A stretch of DNA of 63,087 bases, counting the filler, from Aduncisulcus paluster (lineage: Eukaryota), in the NCBI GenBank assembly GCA_024181965.1. It is 30 parts of 30 records of this genome, joined end to end, with 100 filler letters (N's around TTAATTAATTAA, not from the genome) between each part and the next. Parts side by side here need not be neighbours in the genome. Positions count along the whole stretch, not along the records: positions 46,434 to 47,514 come from BQXS01009921.1; positions 47,615 to 48,895 come from BQXS01009926.1; positions 48,996 to 49,998 come from BQXS01009928.1; positions 50,099 to 51,252 come from BQXS01009929.1; positions 51,353 to 53,759 come from BQXS01009931.1; positions 53,860 to 55,311 come from BQXS01009934.1; positions 55,412 to 60,695 come from BQXS01009936.1; 23 more parts are not named here. One strand, given 5' to 3'. The notes under the pieces were generated by a model. The model did not search any database. It was not told the origin of the DNA and worked only from the letters and a program-made list of their open reading frames with translations. The position numbers and the translations under genes are program-made. This document shows, piece after piece, positions 46,434 to 58,400 of the stretch; within the stretch, counting starts at the first letter, position 1, and each line of letters opens with the position of its first letter.

Positions 46434-47514
46434 TGCAAAAATACAAGTGAAATTTTAATAAATGGTTTAAAAGAATTAGAGTACCGAGGATATGATAGTG
46501 CAGGTATTGCTATTTTAGACAATGATAAGATTGAAGTTTACAAAGCACTTGGGAAAATTAAAAACCTTGAGGAAAAAGTATCTCATAATGAATGTGTTTT
46601 AAATAAAGACAATCTTTCTATTGGTATTGGACATACAAGATGGGCGACACACGGAAAACCAACAGAACTCAATGCTCATCCACATTTAGGTGAATATTCT
46701 TATGTTGTACATAACGGAATCATTGAAAATTATAAAGAACTCAAAGTTGAGCTTTTAGAGGCTGGGCATAAGTTTGTTTCTCAAACTGACACAGAGGTTA
46801 TAGTACATCTTTTTGAATTTTATTTTAACCAATCAAATGATGCTCAAGATGCTTTTAATCAAACAATCAAAAGACTTGATGGTGCATATTCTATTCTTCT
46901 TATAACAAAATCAGAACCGACAAAAATATTTTTTATGAAACATGGCTCTCCGATGGCGATTGCTAAAAATACAACTGAAGATGGTGATGAAATTTATTTT
47001 GCTTCATCTGATGCACCACTTATTGGTCATGCAAAAGATGTGGTTTATTTAGAAGATGGGGTAAGTGGAGTTGCTACGAATTCATCTTTGAATTTTAGTG
47101 AAGAGGTTTCTTGGGACACTCTTCCTACTTCAAAACAGTATGCTCAAAAAGATGGATATAGATTTTTTATGGAAAAAGAGATATATGAACAAAGTGATGT
47201 TGTAACAGATTCTATGCTTGGTCGTATCTCTGACGAAGAGATTATTTTTGATGAGATAGATGCAAATATTATTGAAGGTATAAATGAGATTAAGATATGT
47301 GCTTGTGGTACTTCATATCATGCAGGAATAACAGCTTCATATCTATTTGAAAGACTTACGAAAGTAAGATGTAATGTTGAGATAGCAAGTGAGTTTCGAT
47401 ATAAAGAACCTCTATTAAAAAAAGATACTCTTTTTATAGTGATTTCTCAAAGTGGAGAAACAGCAGATACTTTAGAAGCTCTAAAAATGGCAAAAAAAGC
47501 AGGATTGAAAACAA
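46434..47514 (+). CDS. glmS: Glutamine-fructose-6-phosphate transaminase (truncated at both ends)
   Basis: LEYRGYDSAG, GHTRWATHG, HNGIIEN and SQSGETADT in one frame. Confidence 0.97.
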
Positions 47515-47614
47515 NNNNNNNNNNNNNNNNNNNNNNNNNNNNNNNNNNNNNNNNNNNNTTAATTAATTAANNNNNNNNNNNNNNNNNNNNNNNNNNNNNN
47601 NNNNNNNNNNNNNN

Positions 47615-48895
47615 TAACAGTACATGATAGTGATGATGAAGCGTTTGAACTTTGGACAAAGCATATTTCTAGCGATCGCATCATGAGATTTGGAGATAAA
47701 GACAACTTTTGGTCTATGGGAGATACTGGTGCTTGTGGTCCTTGTAGTGAAATTTTCTATGATCAAGGTGCCGAAAAATTTAATAGCCCTGAAGATAAAA
47801 TGGGTGGTGAAGGTGATAGATTTTTAGAAATTTGGAATCTTGTATTTATGCAATATGATAGGGATGAACAAGGGAATTTAAATCCACTACCAAAACCATC
47901 TATTGATACAGGTATGGGACTTGAAAGAGTTGTTGCAATCAAAGAAGGTGTTTCAAATAATTTTGATAGTAGCACTTTCCAACCAATCATCAAAAAAATT
48001 GAAAAGATTTGTGATACACAATTAACGCAACAAAATATCGCAAGTTTTAGAGTAATTGCAGATCATGTGAGAACTGTAACATTTATGCTTTCTCAAGGTA
48101 TTTTATTTGATAAAGTTAGTCGTGGTTATGTTGCTAGAAGAATTCTTAGAAGAGCTGTAAGACATGGTTATTTATTAGGCTTTAGAAAAGCATTTATGGC
48201 AACTATTATAGATACTCTTTGTGATATGATGGGTGATTTTTATCCTGAATTATTAGAGAAAAAAGAGTTTATTCAAGAGCAAGTAAAACTTGAAGAAGAT
48301 AGATTTTTCAAAACAATCGCAAGTGGTATGGAACTTTTTAATGAAGAGCTTGAAAATACAAAAGAGATATTTTCAGGGGAAGTTGCATTTAACCTTTATG
48401 ATACTCATGGTTTTCCTCTTGATTTAACAGAAGATATGTTAAGAGAAAAAAATTTAAAAGTAGATAATGAAACTTTTGATAAATGTATGGATGAACAAAA
48501 AGCTAAAGCAAAATCTGCATGGAAAGGAAGTGGAGATGATGCTAATGAGGGTGATTTTAAACAACTTCTTGACACTGTAGGTGTAAATGAATTTGTAGGG
48601 TATACAAATATTCGAACATCAAGTAAAATAGTTGCTCTCTTAGATGAAAACTTCAAACAAGTAGAAGTACTTTCTAGTGATTCTGTAGGTTGGATAATGC
48701 TTGATAAGACACCATTTTATGCTACAAGTGGTGGACAAAATGGTGATGTTGGAGCTTTAGAAGATGGTGATAATATTGCAATAGTAAAAGAAACAAAAAA
48801 ATTCTTTGAGATGAATATGTCAAAAGTTGAAGTTTCTAGTAAGTCATCTTTAAAAGTTGGTTCAATTACAGAAGCTGTAGTTGTAAATAGAGGAG
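47615..48895 (+). CDS. alaS: Alanine-tRNA ligase (internal fragment)
   Basis: [34 protein letters not shown] and [10 protein letters not shown] motifs. Confidence 0.97.
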
Positions 48896-49020
48896 NNNNN
48901 NNNNNNNNNNNNNNNNNNNNNNNNNNNNNNNNNNNNNNNTTAATTAATTAANNNNNNNNNNNNNNNNNNNNNNNNNNNNNNNNNNNNNNNNNNNNTTACT
49001 ATTATAAAAACGGAGCATAT

Positions 49021-49905
49021 ATGCAAAAGATGATCGATATTGAAGGTGAACAAGTATCCCTAGAGGAACTTATAGAAGCTTTCAAACATAATAAAAACAA
49101 CAACACAAGTATTAACAAAGCTATAGAAAAAAGACAAGATGAACAAGCACTCAAGCCATATCAAGCAGAACTTATAAAACTCCAACAACATCTAGAAAAA
49201 AATGATCAAAAGATGATTATACTTTTTGAGGGTCGTGATGCTGCTGGTAAGGGTGGAACTATAAGAAGAGTTACACGATATATGGATGAAAAGCATTATA
49301 GAGTAGTAGCCTTGGGTAAACCAACTCAAGAGCAAAGATCACAATGGTTCTACCAAAAATATATTCAACATTTTCCACGAGGTGGAGAGATAGTTCTGTT
49401 TGATCGAAGCTGGTACAATCGAGCTATGGTAGAATCTGTATTTAACTTTTGTACAAAAAAAGAATATGATGACTTTATGAAAAGTGTTACAGGGTTTGAA
49501 GAGGACCTCACACAACAAGGAACAATTCTTGTTAAACTCTATTATAGTGTTACAAAAGAGGAGCAAGCTAGACGATTTGAAAGACGAAAAAATGATCCTT
49601 TAAGACAATGGAAACTAAGCGAAATAGATCTACAAGCACAAGAGAGATGGGATGATTTTACCAATACAAAATATCATATGATAAAACAAACACACACTCA
49701 CAATGCCCCGTGGACAGTTATCCGTTCAGATATCAAACAAAAAGCAAGACTAGAGTCACTCAAAGTCATTTTAAATTCAGTTGACTATGAAAATAGAGAG
49801 TCTTCTCTTGATTTTACACTTGACTCTGATATTGTTATCTCAGGAGCAAGAGAGATAGAGATCATGGATGCTCAAAGATCACTCAATGGGAAATTTACAA
49901 GCTAA
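49021..49905 (+). CDS. ppk2: Polyphosphate kinase 2
   Basis: EGRDAAGKGG and FDRSWYNRA motifs; GGAG RBS; complete ORF. Confidence 0.95.
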   Translation: MQKMIDIEGEQVSLEELIEAFKHNKNNNTSINKAIEKRQDEQALKPYQAELIKLQQHLEKNDQKMIILFEGRDAAGKGGTIRRVTRYMDEKHYRVVALGKPTQEQRSQWFYQKYIQHFPRGGEIVLFDRSWYNRAMVESVFNFCTKKEYDDFMKSVTGFEEDLTQQGTILVKLYYSVTKEEQARRFERRKNDPLRQWKLSEIDLQAQERWDDFTNTKYHMIKQTHTHNAPWTVIRSDIKQKARLESLKVILNSVDYENRESSLDFTLDSDIVISGAREIEIMDAQRSLNGKFTS

Positions 49906-50100
49906 GAGAGTTTTCTCTTAGTTGAATTTTTAGTCAAAATTGACTAGCTATTTACTTTTCTATTTATCTATGTAGTTGGGTGATTATTTATTTCAAGTNN
50001 NNNNNNNNNNNNNNNNNNNNNNNNNNNNNNNNNNNNNNNNNNTTAATTAATTAANNNNNNNNNNNNNNNNNNNNNNNNNNNNNNNNNNNNNNNNNNNNGT

Positions 50101-50778
50101 GTAAAATTTGCAGATACTCCTGATGATGAGAAAAAAGAACCGCTTCTTCCATTAGATGGAAAAGAGATAGTCGTAATAGAATCAGATAACTGTCCATATT
50201 GTGAAAGATTTAAAAAAGATGTTTTAGATTCATATCAAGGTACTTTAAAAGTTCGTAAAGCGTATGCTTCACAAATGGAAAAGTTTGACATAAAAACAAA
50301 ACTATTTGCAACACCAACTATTCTTTTTATAGAAAATGGAAAAGAAGTTTTAGCGAATCGTGGATATATGGATGAAAAAAGTTTTTATAAAATGCTGGGT
50401 GACTTTAAACTTGGTCAAAATACTGAGAGTTATAATGTAGCTTTTAATCAAGGAACTGATAATAGATTTTGTAAAGAGTATGATATCTTTAAAAACACAC
50501 CTGATGGTGTATTTGTAGATAAACTATCTGGTGACATTTTATTTGATACAAGAGATAGATTTAACTCAAAAACAGGCTGGCTGAGTTTTTTCAAAGCAGT
50601 TGACGGATCAACTATTGAATTAGAAGATAACAGCTATGGTATGAATCGTATCGAAGTACGAGCTAAAAAAAGTGGCATCCATTTAGGACATGTTTTCCCT
50701 AGAATTGATGGGAAAAGACGATTTTGTATAAATGCTACGGTTTTAGAGTTTGTACCACGAGCTGATATAAAAAAATAG
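50101..50778 (+). CDS. msrB: Thioredoxin-like (CPYC) domain fused to methionine-R-sulfoxide reductase MsrB (5' truncated)
   Basis: Frame open from the contig start; CPYC and TPT, then GWLSF, HLGHVF and RFCIN motifs. Confidence 0.85.
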   Translation, partial: VKFADTPDDEKKEPLLPLDGKEIVVIESDNCPYCERFKKDVLDSYQGTLKVRKAYASQMEKFDIKTKLFATPTILFIENGKEVLANRGYMDEKSFYKMLGDFKLGQNTESYNVAFNQGTDNRFCKEYDIFKNTPDGVFVDKLSGDILFDTRDRFNSKTGWLSFFKAVDGSTIELEDNSYGMNRIEVRAKKSGIHLGHVFPRIDGKRRFCINATVLEFVPRADIKK

Positions 50779-50786
50779 AACTTATT

Positions 50787-51200
50787 TTATACTAAGAGTA
50801 GGCTACTTAAATATGCTTGCTCTTGGTATTTATTCAGTTCTGATGGAAATAACACTTCATTGTTTTTTGTATATTTACCTATAGCTTGTGAAGTTACAAA
50901 AGTCACTTCACACACAGTATTGAGCTGAATAATAGTTTCAGATTTAAAAGTAACTGCCCCACCAGCAAAGTTTCCTTTTTTTGCCCTTTTTTTTAATGCT
51001 ATTTTCGAAATATTATTTTCATGAAGATAGTTATCTATCTCATCTTGAAATTTTAAAATCGAGTTTTTATTCTCTTCATCTTCTAAAATAATTTTTTTTA
51101 TTTTTGTATTTAAAAATGTTGATTTTAGAGTCTCTGTATTTACTTGAATAACAGATAAAATAGCGTTATTTGATTTGAGTTCTATTCCACAAATATTCAT
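50787..51200 (-). CDS. DUF3010-like protein
   Basis: MNICGIELKSN and KRAKKGNFAGGAVTFK motifs. Confidence 0.8.
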   Translation of the reverse strand: MNICGIELKSNNAILSVIQVNTETLKSTFLNTKIKKIILEDEENKNSILKFQDEIDNYLHENNISKIALKKRAKKGNFAGGAVTFKSETIIQLNTVCEVTFVTSQAIGKYTKNNEVLFPSELNKYQEQAYLSSLLLV

Positions 51201-51352
51201 TTTTTCTCCTTGATGCCTCTATCTTTTAAGAGATCAAATTCTATTTTATTTTNNNNNNNNNNNNNNNNNNNNNNNNNNNNNNNNNNNNNNNNNNNNTTAA
51301 TTAATTAANNNNNNNNNNNNNNNNNNNNNNNNNNNNNNNNNNNNNNNNNNNN

Positions 51353-53279
51353 GTCGACCGTCGATGCGCTGACGGTGTTGTCCACCGGCGGCTACATCGG
51401 ACGTGACGACGGCGCCAATCTCACGGCGTCCTATGAGTTCTTGCGGCTGTTGGAGCACCGGCTGCAGCTGCAGCGGCTCAAGCGCACCCATACCCTGCCC
51501 GCACCGGAGGACACCGAGGCGATGCGCTGGCTGGCCCGGGCCGCGCATGTGCGTCCCGATGGGCAGAACGATGCCCTGGGGGTGCTACGCGCCGAGATCA
51601 AGCGGCAGGCGGTGCGGGTGTCTCGCCTGCACACCAAGCTGTTCTATCAACCGCTGCTGGAATCGGTCACCGAGTTCGACAAGGAAGCGCTGGGGCTGTC
51701 CAACGAGGCGGCGGTGCGTCAGCTCGCGGCCCTGGGATACCAGCAGCCGCAGCATGCCCTCAGTCACCTGTCCGCGCTGACCAAGGAGGGCGGGCGCCGC
51801 GGGCGCATCCAATCCATTCTGCTGCCAACGCTTTTGGATTGGCTTGCGGACACTCCCGATCCGGATGCCGGGCTGTTGGCCTATCGCCGGGTGAGCGAGG
51901 CGCTGGTCGACCAGACCTGGTACCTGCGCACCCTGCGTGACGAGGGTGCGGTGGCCAAGCGCCTCATGCAGATTCTGGGGACTTCGGCCTATGTGCCGGA
52001 CCTGATCATGCGTGCCCCCGAAGTGATCCAGCTGTACGCCGACGGACCGAATGGATCCAAACTCCTTGAGGCCGAACCGGTGTCGGTGGCCGGGGCGCTC
52101 GTTGCGTCCTCGGCGCGTCACGCCGACCCCGAACGCGCCATCGCGGCGGCACGATCACTGCGACGACGGGAGCTGGCGCGTGTCGCCTCGGCCGATCTGC
52201 TGGGGCTGCTGGACGTCGTCGATGTCTGCGGCGCACTCACGTCGGTGTGGGTGGCGGTGCTGCAGGCGGCCCTGGACGCGGTGATCAAGGGGAGCACTGC
52301 GGAAGACGAGGAGGCTCCCGCGGCCATCGCCGTCATCGGCATGGGGCGCCTGGGCGGCGGAGAGCTCGGCTACGGATCCGATGCGGACGTGCTGTACGTG
52401 TGCGAGCCGCGCGGCGGCGCCACCGAAGCCGAAGCGGTCCGGTGGTCGGCGAGCATCGCCGAGAAGGTGGGCAAGCTGCTCGGCGCCCCGAGCACCGACC
52501 CGCCGCTGCAGGTCGACACCGGGCTGCGGCCCGAGGGGCGCAACGGGCCGATGGTGCGCACCCTGGGCGCCTACGAGACCTACTACGCGCAATGGGCGCA
52601 GCCGTGGGAGGTGCAGGCCTTGCTGCGGGCGCACAGCGTCGCCGGCGATGCCGATCTGGGACTTCGGTTCCTGCACATGATCGACAAGACGCGGTATCCG
52701 GCCGGCGGTATCGCCCAGGATGCGGTGCGCGAAATCCGCCGGATCAAGGCGCGGGTTGATGCCGAGCGGCTACCGCGCGGCGCGGACCCGAACACCAACA
52801 CCAAACTGGGACGCGGCGGACTGGCCGATGTCGAGTGGACCGTGCAGCTGCTGCAGCTGCGCTACGCGCACGAACATCAGTCCCTGCACAGCACCTCGAC
52901 CCTGCAGACACTGCGGGCCGCGGCGGACGCCGGGCTCCTCGANNNNNNNNNNNNNNNNNNNNNNNNNNNNNNNNNNNNNNNNNNNNNNNNNNNNNNNNNN
53001 NNNNNNNNNNNNNNNNNNNNNNNNNNNNNNNNNNNNNNNNNNNNNNNNNNNNNNNNNNNNCTGCTGCGGCAGGCGTGGCTGACCGCGACCAATGCCCGTA
53101 ATGCGCTGGTGCTGGCGCGCGGCAAGCCCACCGACCAGCTGCCCGGCCCCGGACGGCTGCTCAACACGGTGGCCGCGGCCGCCGGTTGGCCGGACCACGA
53201 CGGCGGCGAGTTCCTGGACAACTATCTGCGGGTGACCAGACGCGCGAAAGCCGTCGTGCAGAGGGTGTTTGGGGAGTAG
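51353..53279 (+). CDS. glnE: Glutamine synthetase adenylyltransferase (5' truncated, internal gap 52943-53060), mycobacterial type
   Basis: [25 protein letters not shown] and [12 protein letters not shown] motifs. Confidence 0.95.
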
Positions 53280-53290
53280 CTTTCTGCTTC

Positions 53291-53626
53291 ATGCGGATAA
53301 CGGTCCAGATCGTCGTGGGTCTCGGTGTTGTCGTCGGTGCGCTTGGCGTGGCGGTACCGGCTCAGGCGAAGCCGGGTGATTGCACCGTCTCCGAGGAGGC
53401 TCGGCTCGACGCGGTGGCGGCCACCAAGCGTGCCGACTACCTCGAGCGCCATCCCGACGTCAACGCCGGGATGAGCAATGCCCTCAAGAACACCCCCGGC
53501 GACGGCGCCGCCAAACATGAGGCGGTGCAGGCCTACTTCGATGCGAATCCGGCGGCGAGGGCCGATCTGGACGCAATCCGTCAACCGGTGCAGGACTTCA
53601 AGAACCGGTGCTGGCCGGACGGTTAA
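53291..53626 (+). CDS. Secreted hemophore-related protein (Rv0203-like)
   Basis: Signal peptide ending AQA; YLERHPDVN, YFDANP and IRQP.....NRC motifs. Confidence 0.8.
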   Translation: MRITVQIVVGLGVVVGALGVAVPAQAKPGDCTVSEEARLDAVAATKRADYLERHPDVNAGMSNALKNTPGDGAAKHEAVQAYFDANPAARADLDAIRQPVQDFKNRCWPDG

Positions 53627-53629
53627 CCG

Positions 53630-53759
53630 TCAAGCGCGGTCGTGGAGAGTCACCTGGTATCCGTCGGGGTCGGCGAAGGTGAATGTCCGGCCGAAGGGGC
53701 CGTCGATGGGCGCGGAGACGATGGTGTGACCGTCGGCGACCAGAGCATCGTGAATTGCC
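53630..53759 (-). CDS. VOC/glyoxalase family protein C-terminus (5' truncated)
   Basis: Own translation: ...DGPFGRTFTFADPDGYQVTLHDRA*. Confidence 0.85.
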
Positions 53760-53859
53760 NNNNNNNNNNNNNNNNNNNNNNNNNNNNNNNNNNNNNNNNN
53801 NNNTTAATTAATTAANNNNNNNNNNNNNNNNNNNNNNNNNNNNNNNNNNNNNNNNNNNN

Positions 53860-54860
53860 TTCGCTCCTGAGTCTAGCAAAACCTCCATAATCGTCCCTTT
53901 ATCTTTTCCATCTCGGAAAATTTTCATTTCCACCGTAAAATCCTTCCCTGTGCCTATTTTTAATATCTCATAATAACAACTTTTGTCTTTACTCTTAATT
54001 ACTTCCTTCTCCTTACAAAACTTTTCGAAATGTCCCTTCTTTCCACATTTTCTACAGATAATAGTCGGATAAAATCGATTGTATCGTGGATCGGTGCTAA
54101 CAATCCATTGAGCACCCCTTTTTTCGCTGGACCCCGTCAAATTACTCTGGGTACCCGCGAATCTTCTCTTTCCTTTGGCATTCCAGCAATCCTTCGCCAA
54201 ATGTCCCACTTTTCCACACACGTGACATTTTTTCCCAGTAACTTCATCCTTGGCTTTAAAATCCATTCGATAACGCTTTTCATACATCAACGCCTTGTGT
54301 GTTAACTCTGCTTCGATTAACTTCTTCAGTTCACTGATCGCCACGCCAATAATAGTACCCAACTCGCTTGTGTCCGTTATTCTTGCCTGTACACATTGTT
54401 TCAATCTTCCGGTGAACAAACCTCTTGTGTAAAGTTCCCCAATCTGTTTTGTTTCTCCCAATTTCGGCACTCGGTTCCGGATAGCCTTAAAATCCTTCGT
54501 ATACGCCATCAATGCATCCATCTTAAGCTCCGATGTCATACGAACCTGTCGCAAGCTGTCGTATAAGTTCAAGGTCGTGCTCGCTCCGAAAATCTTGTCC
54601 ACAGCGACTCGGGCCTTCCTTCTGTTCGACGCAGATTTGAAATCTGTTACCTCAGCCAGGTCCTTAATAATATCAAGTACCGTGCTGTCGACGAGTTCGG
54701 TCCATGCTTTTGTGCCCCCCAAACTCAGGTAATGATCAAACTCGCCTACGAAAGTGCTCCAAGACTCTGTCACCAAGTCGTCCAATCTCGGCATCTTCGG
54801 GGCCGCTTCCGTTGTAAATACAGTTGGTTTCGGTTCCTTGTGGGTCTCCTTACTTGTCAT
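53860..54860 (-). mobile_element. LTR-retrotransposon Gag-protease ORF (Ty3/gypsy-like), 3' truncated
   Basis: Two CX2CX4HX4C knuckles (CHVCGKVGHLAKDC, CRKCGKKGHFEKFC), then in-frame aspartic protease VLLDSGA. Confidence 0.8.
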
Positions 54861-54966
54861 CTAATATTAATATTGTAGACGTTAGCAATTTATTGAATAA
54901 ATGTGATCGGAGTGATCAAGGTTCTATAAATAGATCTGAGAAGTTACATCTGTAAAGGAATTAAAA

Positions 54967-55311
54967 ATGGACGATAAAGTTTTCACTTTATGCAATTATT
55001 CTGACTATGCTGAAAAGTTCTATCAGCGAGTCCAGGACGCAACAGGAACGCTGCCAGACATCAAGAAGAAATTCTTATCTGGTCTAAGACCAGCTCGATT
55101 CGCGGAAAGAGTAGCGATGGCTGATCTGGTAGACGCAGCTCCAAACACTATTAAAGGTGTCAGAATCATTATGAGGGAAGCTTTAGCCACTTGGAACACC
55201 ATCTTAGAAGTCTTTGAAGAAGCTAAAGCCTGCGGAATGTTCGATTTGGAACGGAAGTCGGAACAAGTTGAAAAGCCTCTACATGACCACGAGACAGTTT
55301 TTTTAGAAGGA
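54967..55311 (+). CDS. Possible Gag-like fragment (3' truncated)
   Basis: Y...F...KKFLSGLRP pattern resembles a Gag capsid C-terminal region. Confidence 0.35.
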
Positions 55312-55411
55312 NNNNNNNNNNNNNNNNNNNNNNNNNNNNNNNNNNNNNNNNNNNNTTAATTAATTAANNNNNNNNNNNNNNNNNNNNNNNNNNNNNNNNN
55401 NNNNNNNNNNN

Positions 55412-58400
55412 CTTTCATGATTATCCTCAACAATCTTATCCCCAACAAACTCTCTCTTAACAACATCAAGAACAGGGTGGAAGAGAGGCCAAGCTTCAGA
55501 ACAGAGGGATTTGTTGGGGGTTGAATCATCACTTGAGAGGGAGATATATGATAGAATATTCATCCAATGTCCATAACACTCACTATCATTGTATATCCTC
55601 AACCAAGCTCTGATATATGGTTTGATGAGGGTGAGAATAGAGGATTTAGTGGAAGAAGAGAGAGAAATAGAGATGTTTCTGAGAGTTGTTAATAAATTTA
55701 GAGCAACATTACCTCCCAACTTCTCCTTACTTCCTCTCTCAAGAATACGTTGGAAAGTGGGGGAGATCTTTGGAAGGAAGGAATCCAATTTATCATAAAT
55801 TTTAAAAGTATAACCCATACAAATCACACAATATTCTTCATCAACATTTCCTTCCAACACTTCCTCACATCTTGATAGATGATCAATGAAAGTGTCAATG
55901 AGATCATTCAGATCAGGAATAGGGAGATAGATCTTATTTCCAGAAATAACATGTCTAACAAAACATTGTAAACACTGAACACAAAGAATAATCTCTCTCT
56001 TGGGCTCTTTAATCTCACTCTTTGATTGGAATGCAAGTAAGACAGAAAGAATTTCATCTCGATGTTCATGGTATAGTTTGGAAGTGGATTCTGAGTCAGG
56101 GCATTTCTTGATAGATTCAACCAATTCTGACCATTTTTTTAGAGAAGGATAACAGTTATCAATATATCTTGTATAATCTCTACTCCAACCCCCATTATTC
56201 TTGCACCATTCCATGTTGGTATCATATTTAGGAGATATGTAAGGAACAAGAGATGGAACAGTTGAGATCATGGAAATGAGTTTGGACCAACATATGATTC
56301 CATTTTCATGTGTTTTCTTCTTGAGTAAGGACCCGTATTTGATGCCCCATTTATGTTCTTTCCCTTTTAGAACTTTATACCACCCATCAAGAAGATCCTT
56401 AACATTATCACATATTTCAACGGCATAGGCCTGATCACGACATAAGTTTGAAAAGAAATATAAAACTCTTTCATGGTTATCCCCAACAATCTTATCCCCA
56501 ACAAACTCTCTCTTAACAACATCAAGAACCGGGTGGAAGAAATACCAAGCTTCAGAAAAGACGGATTTGTTATGGGATTTTTTATCACTTGAGAGGGTGA
56601 TTGTTGATAGAATAAACATCCATTCTCCATAACACTTACTATCATTGTATATCCTCAACCAATCTTTGATATATGGTTTGATGAGGGTGAGAATAGAGGA
56701 TCGAGTGGAAGATGAACGAAAATTAGAGATGTTTCTGAGAGTTTTTAATAAATTTAGATGAACATCACCTCTCAACTTCTCCTTGCTTCCTCTCTCAAGA
56801 ATATGTTGGAAAGTGGGGGAGATCTTTGGAAGGAAGGAATCCCATTTATCTTGAAATAAACCAGAATAATTGATACAAATCCCACAATACTTTTCATCAA
56901 CATCTCCTTCCAACACTTCCTCACATCTTGATAGATGATCAATGAAAGTGTCAATGAGATCATTCAGATCAGGAATAGGGAGAAAGATATCATTTCCAGA
57001 AATATAATGCCTAACAAACCATCTTAAACACTGAACACAAAGAATAATCTCTCTCTTGTGCTCTTCAATCTCACTCTTTGATTGGAATGCAAGAAAGACA
57101 GAAAGAATCTCATCTCGATGTTTACGGTACAGTTTGGAAGTGGATTCTGAGTCAGGGGATTTCTTGATAGCTTCAACCAATTCTGACCATTTCTTGACAA
57201 ACCGGATTATAAATTTACAGTTTTCAAGATATCTTGAATAATCTTCTTCCCAAGCACCATTCTGATAGCATGTTTTGATTAAAATATCAAATTTAGGTGA
57301 GATGAAAGGAACAAGATATGGAACAGTGGAGAACATGGAAATGAGAGAAGACCAAAATTTGATTCCCCGCTTATGTTCATTCTTATTTATAACTTCAAAC
57401 CACTCAACAAGAAGATCATTAACATTATCATAGATTTCAACAGCATGTGATGGATCACAACATAAGTGGGAGAAGAATAATAAAACCCTTTCATGATCAT
57501 CCTTAACAATTTTATCCCAAAAAAACTTTCTCTTAACAACATCAAGAACAGGGTGGAAGAGAGGCCAAGCTTCAGAACACATGGATTTGTTGGGGGTTGA
57601 ATTATCACTTGAGAGGGTGATTTGTGATAGAATAATCATCCAATGTCCATAACACTCACTATCATTGTATATCCTCAACCAATCTCTGATGTATGGTTTG
57701 ATGAGGGTGAGAATAGAGGATCGGGTGGAAGAAGAGGTACATAGGGAAACATTTCGAAGAGTTTTTAAAACATACAGAGTAAAGTCACCTCCCAACTTCT
57801 CCTTACTTCCTCTCTCAAGAATACGTTGGAAAGTGGGGGAGATCTTTTGAAGGAAGGAATCCTTTTTATCTTTAACTTTGAAAGTATAACACATACAAAT
57901 CACACAATACTCTTCATCAACATCTCCTTCCAACACTTCCTCACATCTTGATAGATGACCAATAAAAGTGTCAATGAGATCATTCAGATCAGGAATAGCG
58001 AGATAGATCTTATTTTCACAAATAACATGTCTAACAAACCATCTTAAACACTGAGCACAAAGAACAATCTCTCTCTTGTGCTCTTCAATCTCACTCTTTG
58101 ATTGGAATGCAAGGAAGACAGAAAGAATCTCATCTCGATGTTCACGATAGAGTTTGGAAATGGATTCTGAGTCAGGGGATTTTAGTATTGTTTGAGCTAA
58201 TTCTGACCATTTCTTTAGAAATGAATAACAATTACCAAGATATTTTGTATAATCTTCACTCGTTACTTCTTCCTTAATTCCATTCTTCCTACACCATTCC
58301 ACAAGAACTCCAGTATTCTTGCACCATTCCATGTCGACATCATATTTAGGAGATATGTGAGGGACAAGAGATGGAACTGTGGAGAACATGGAAATGAGTA

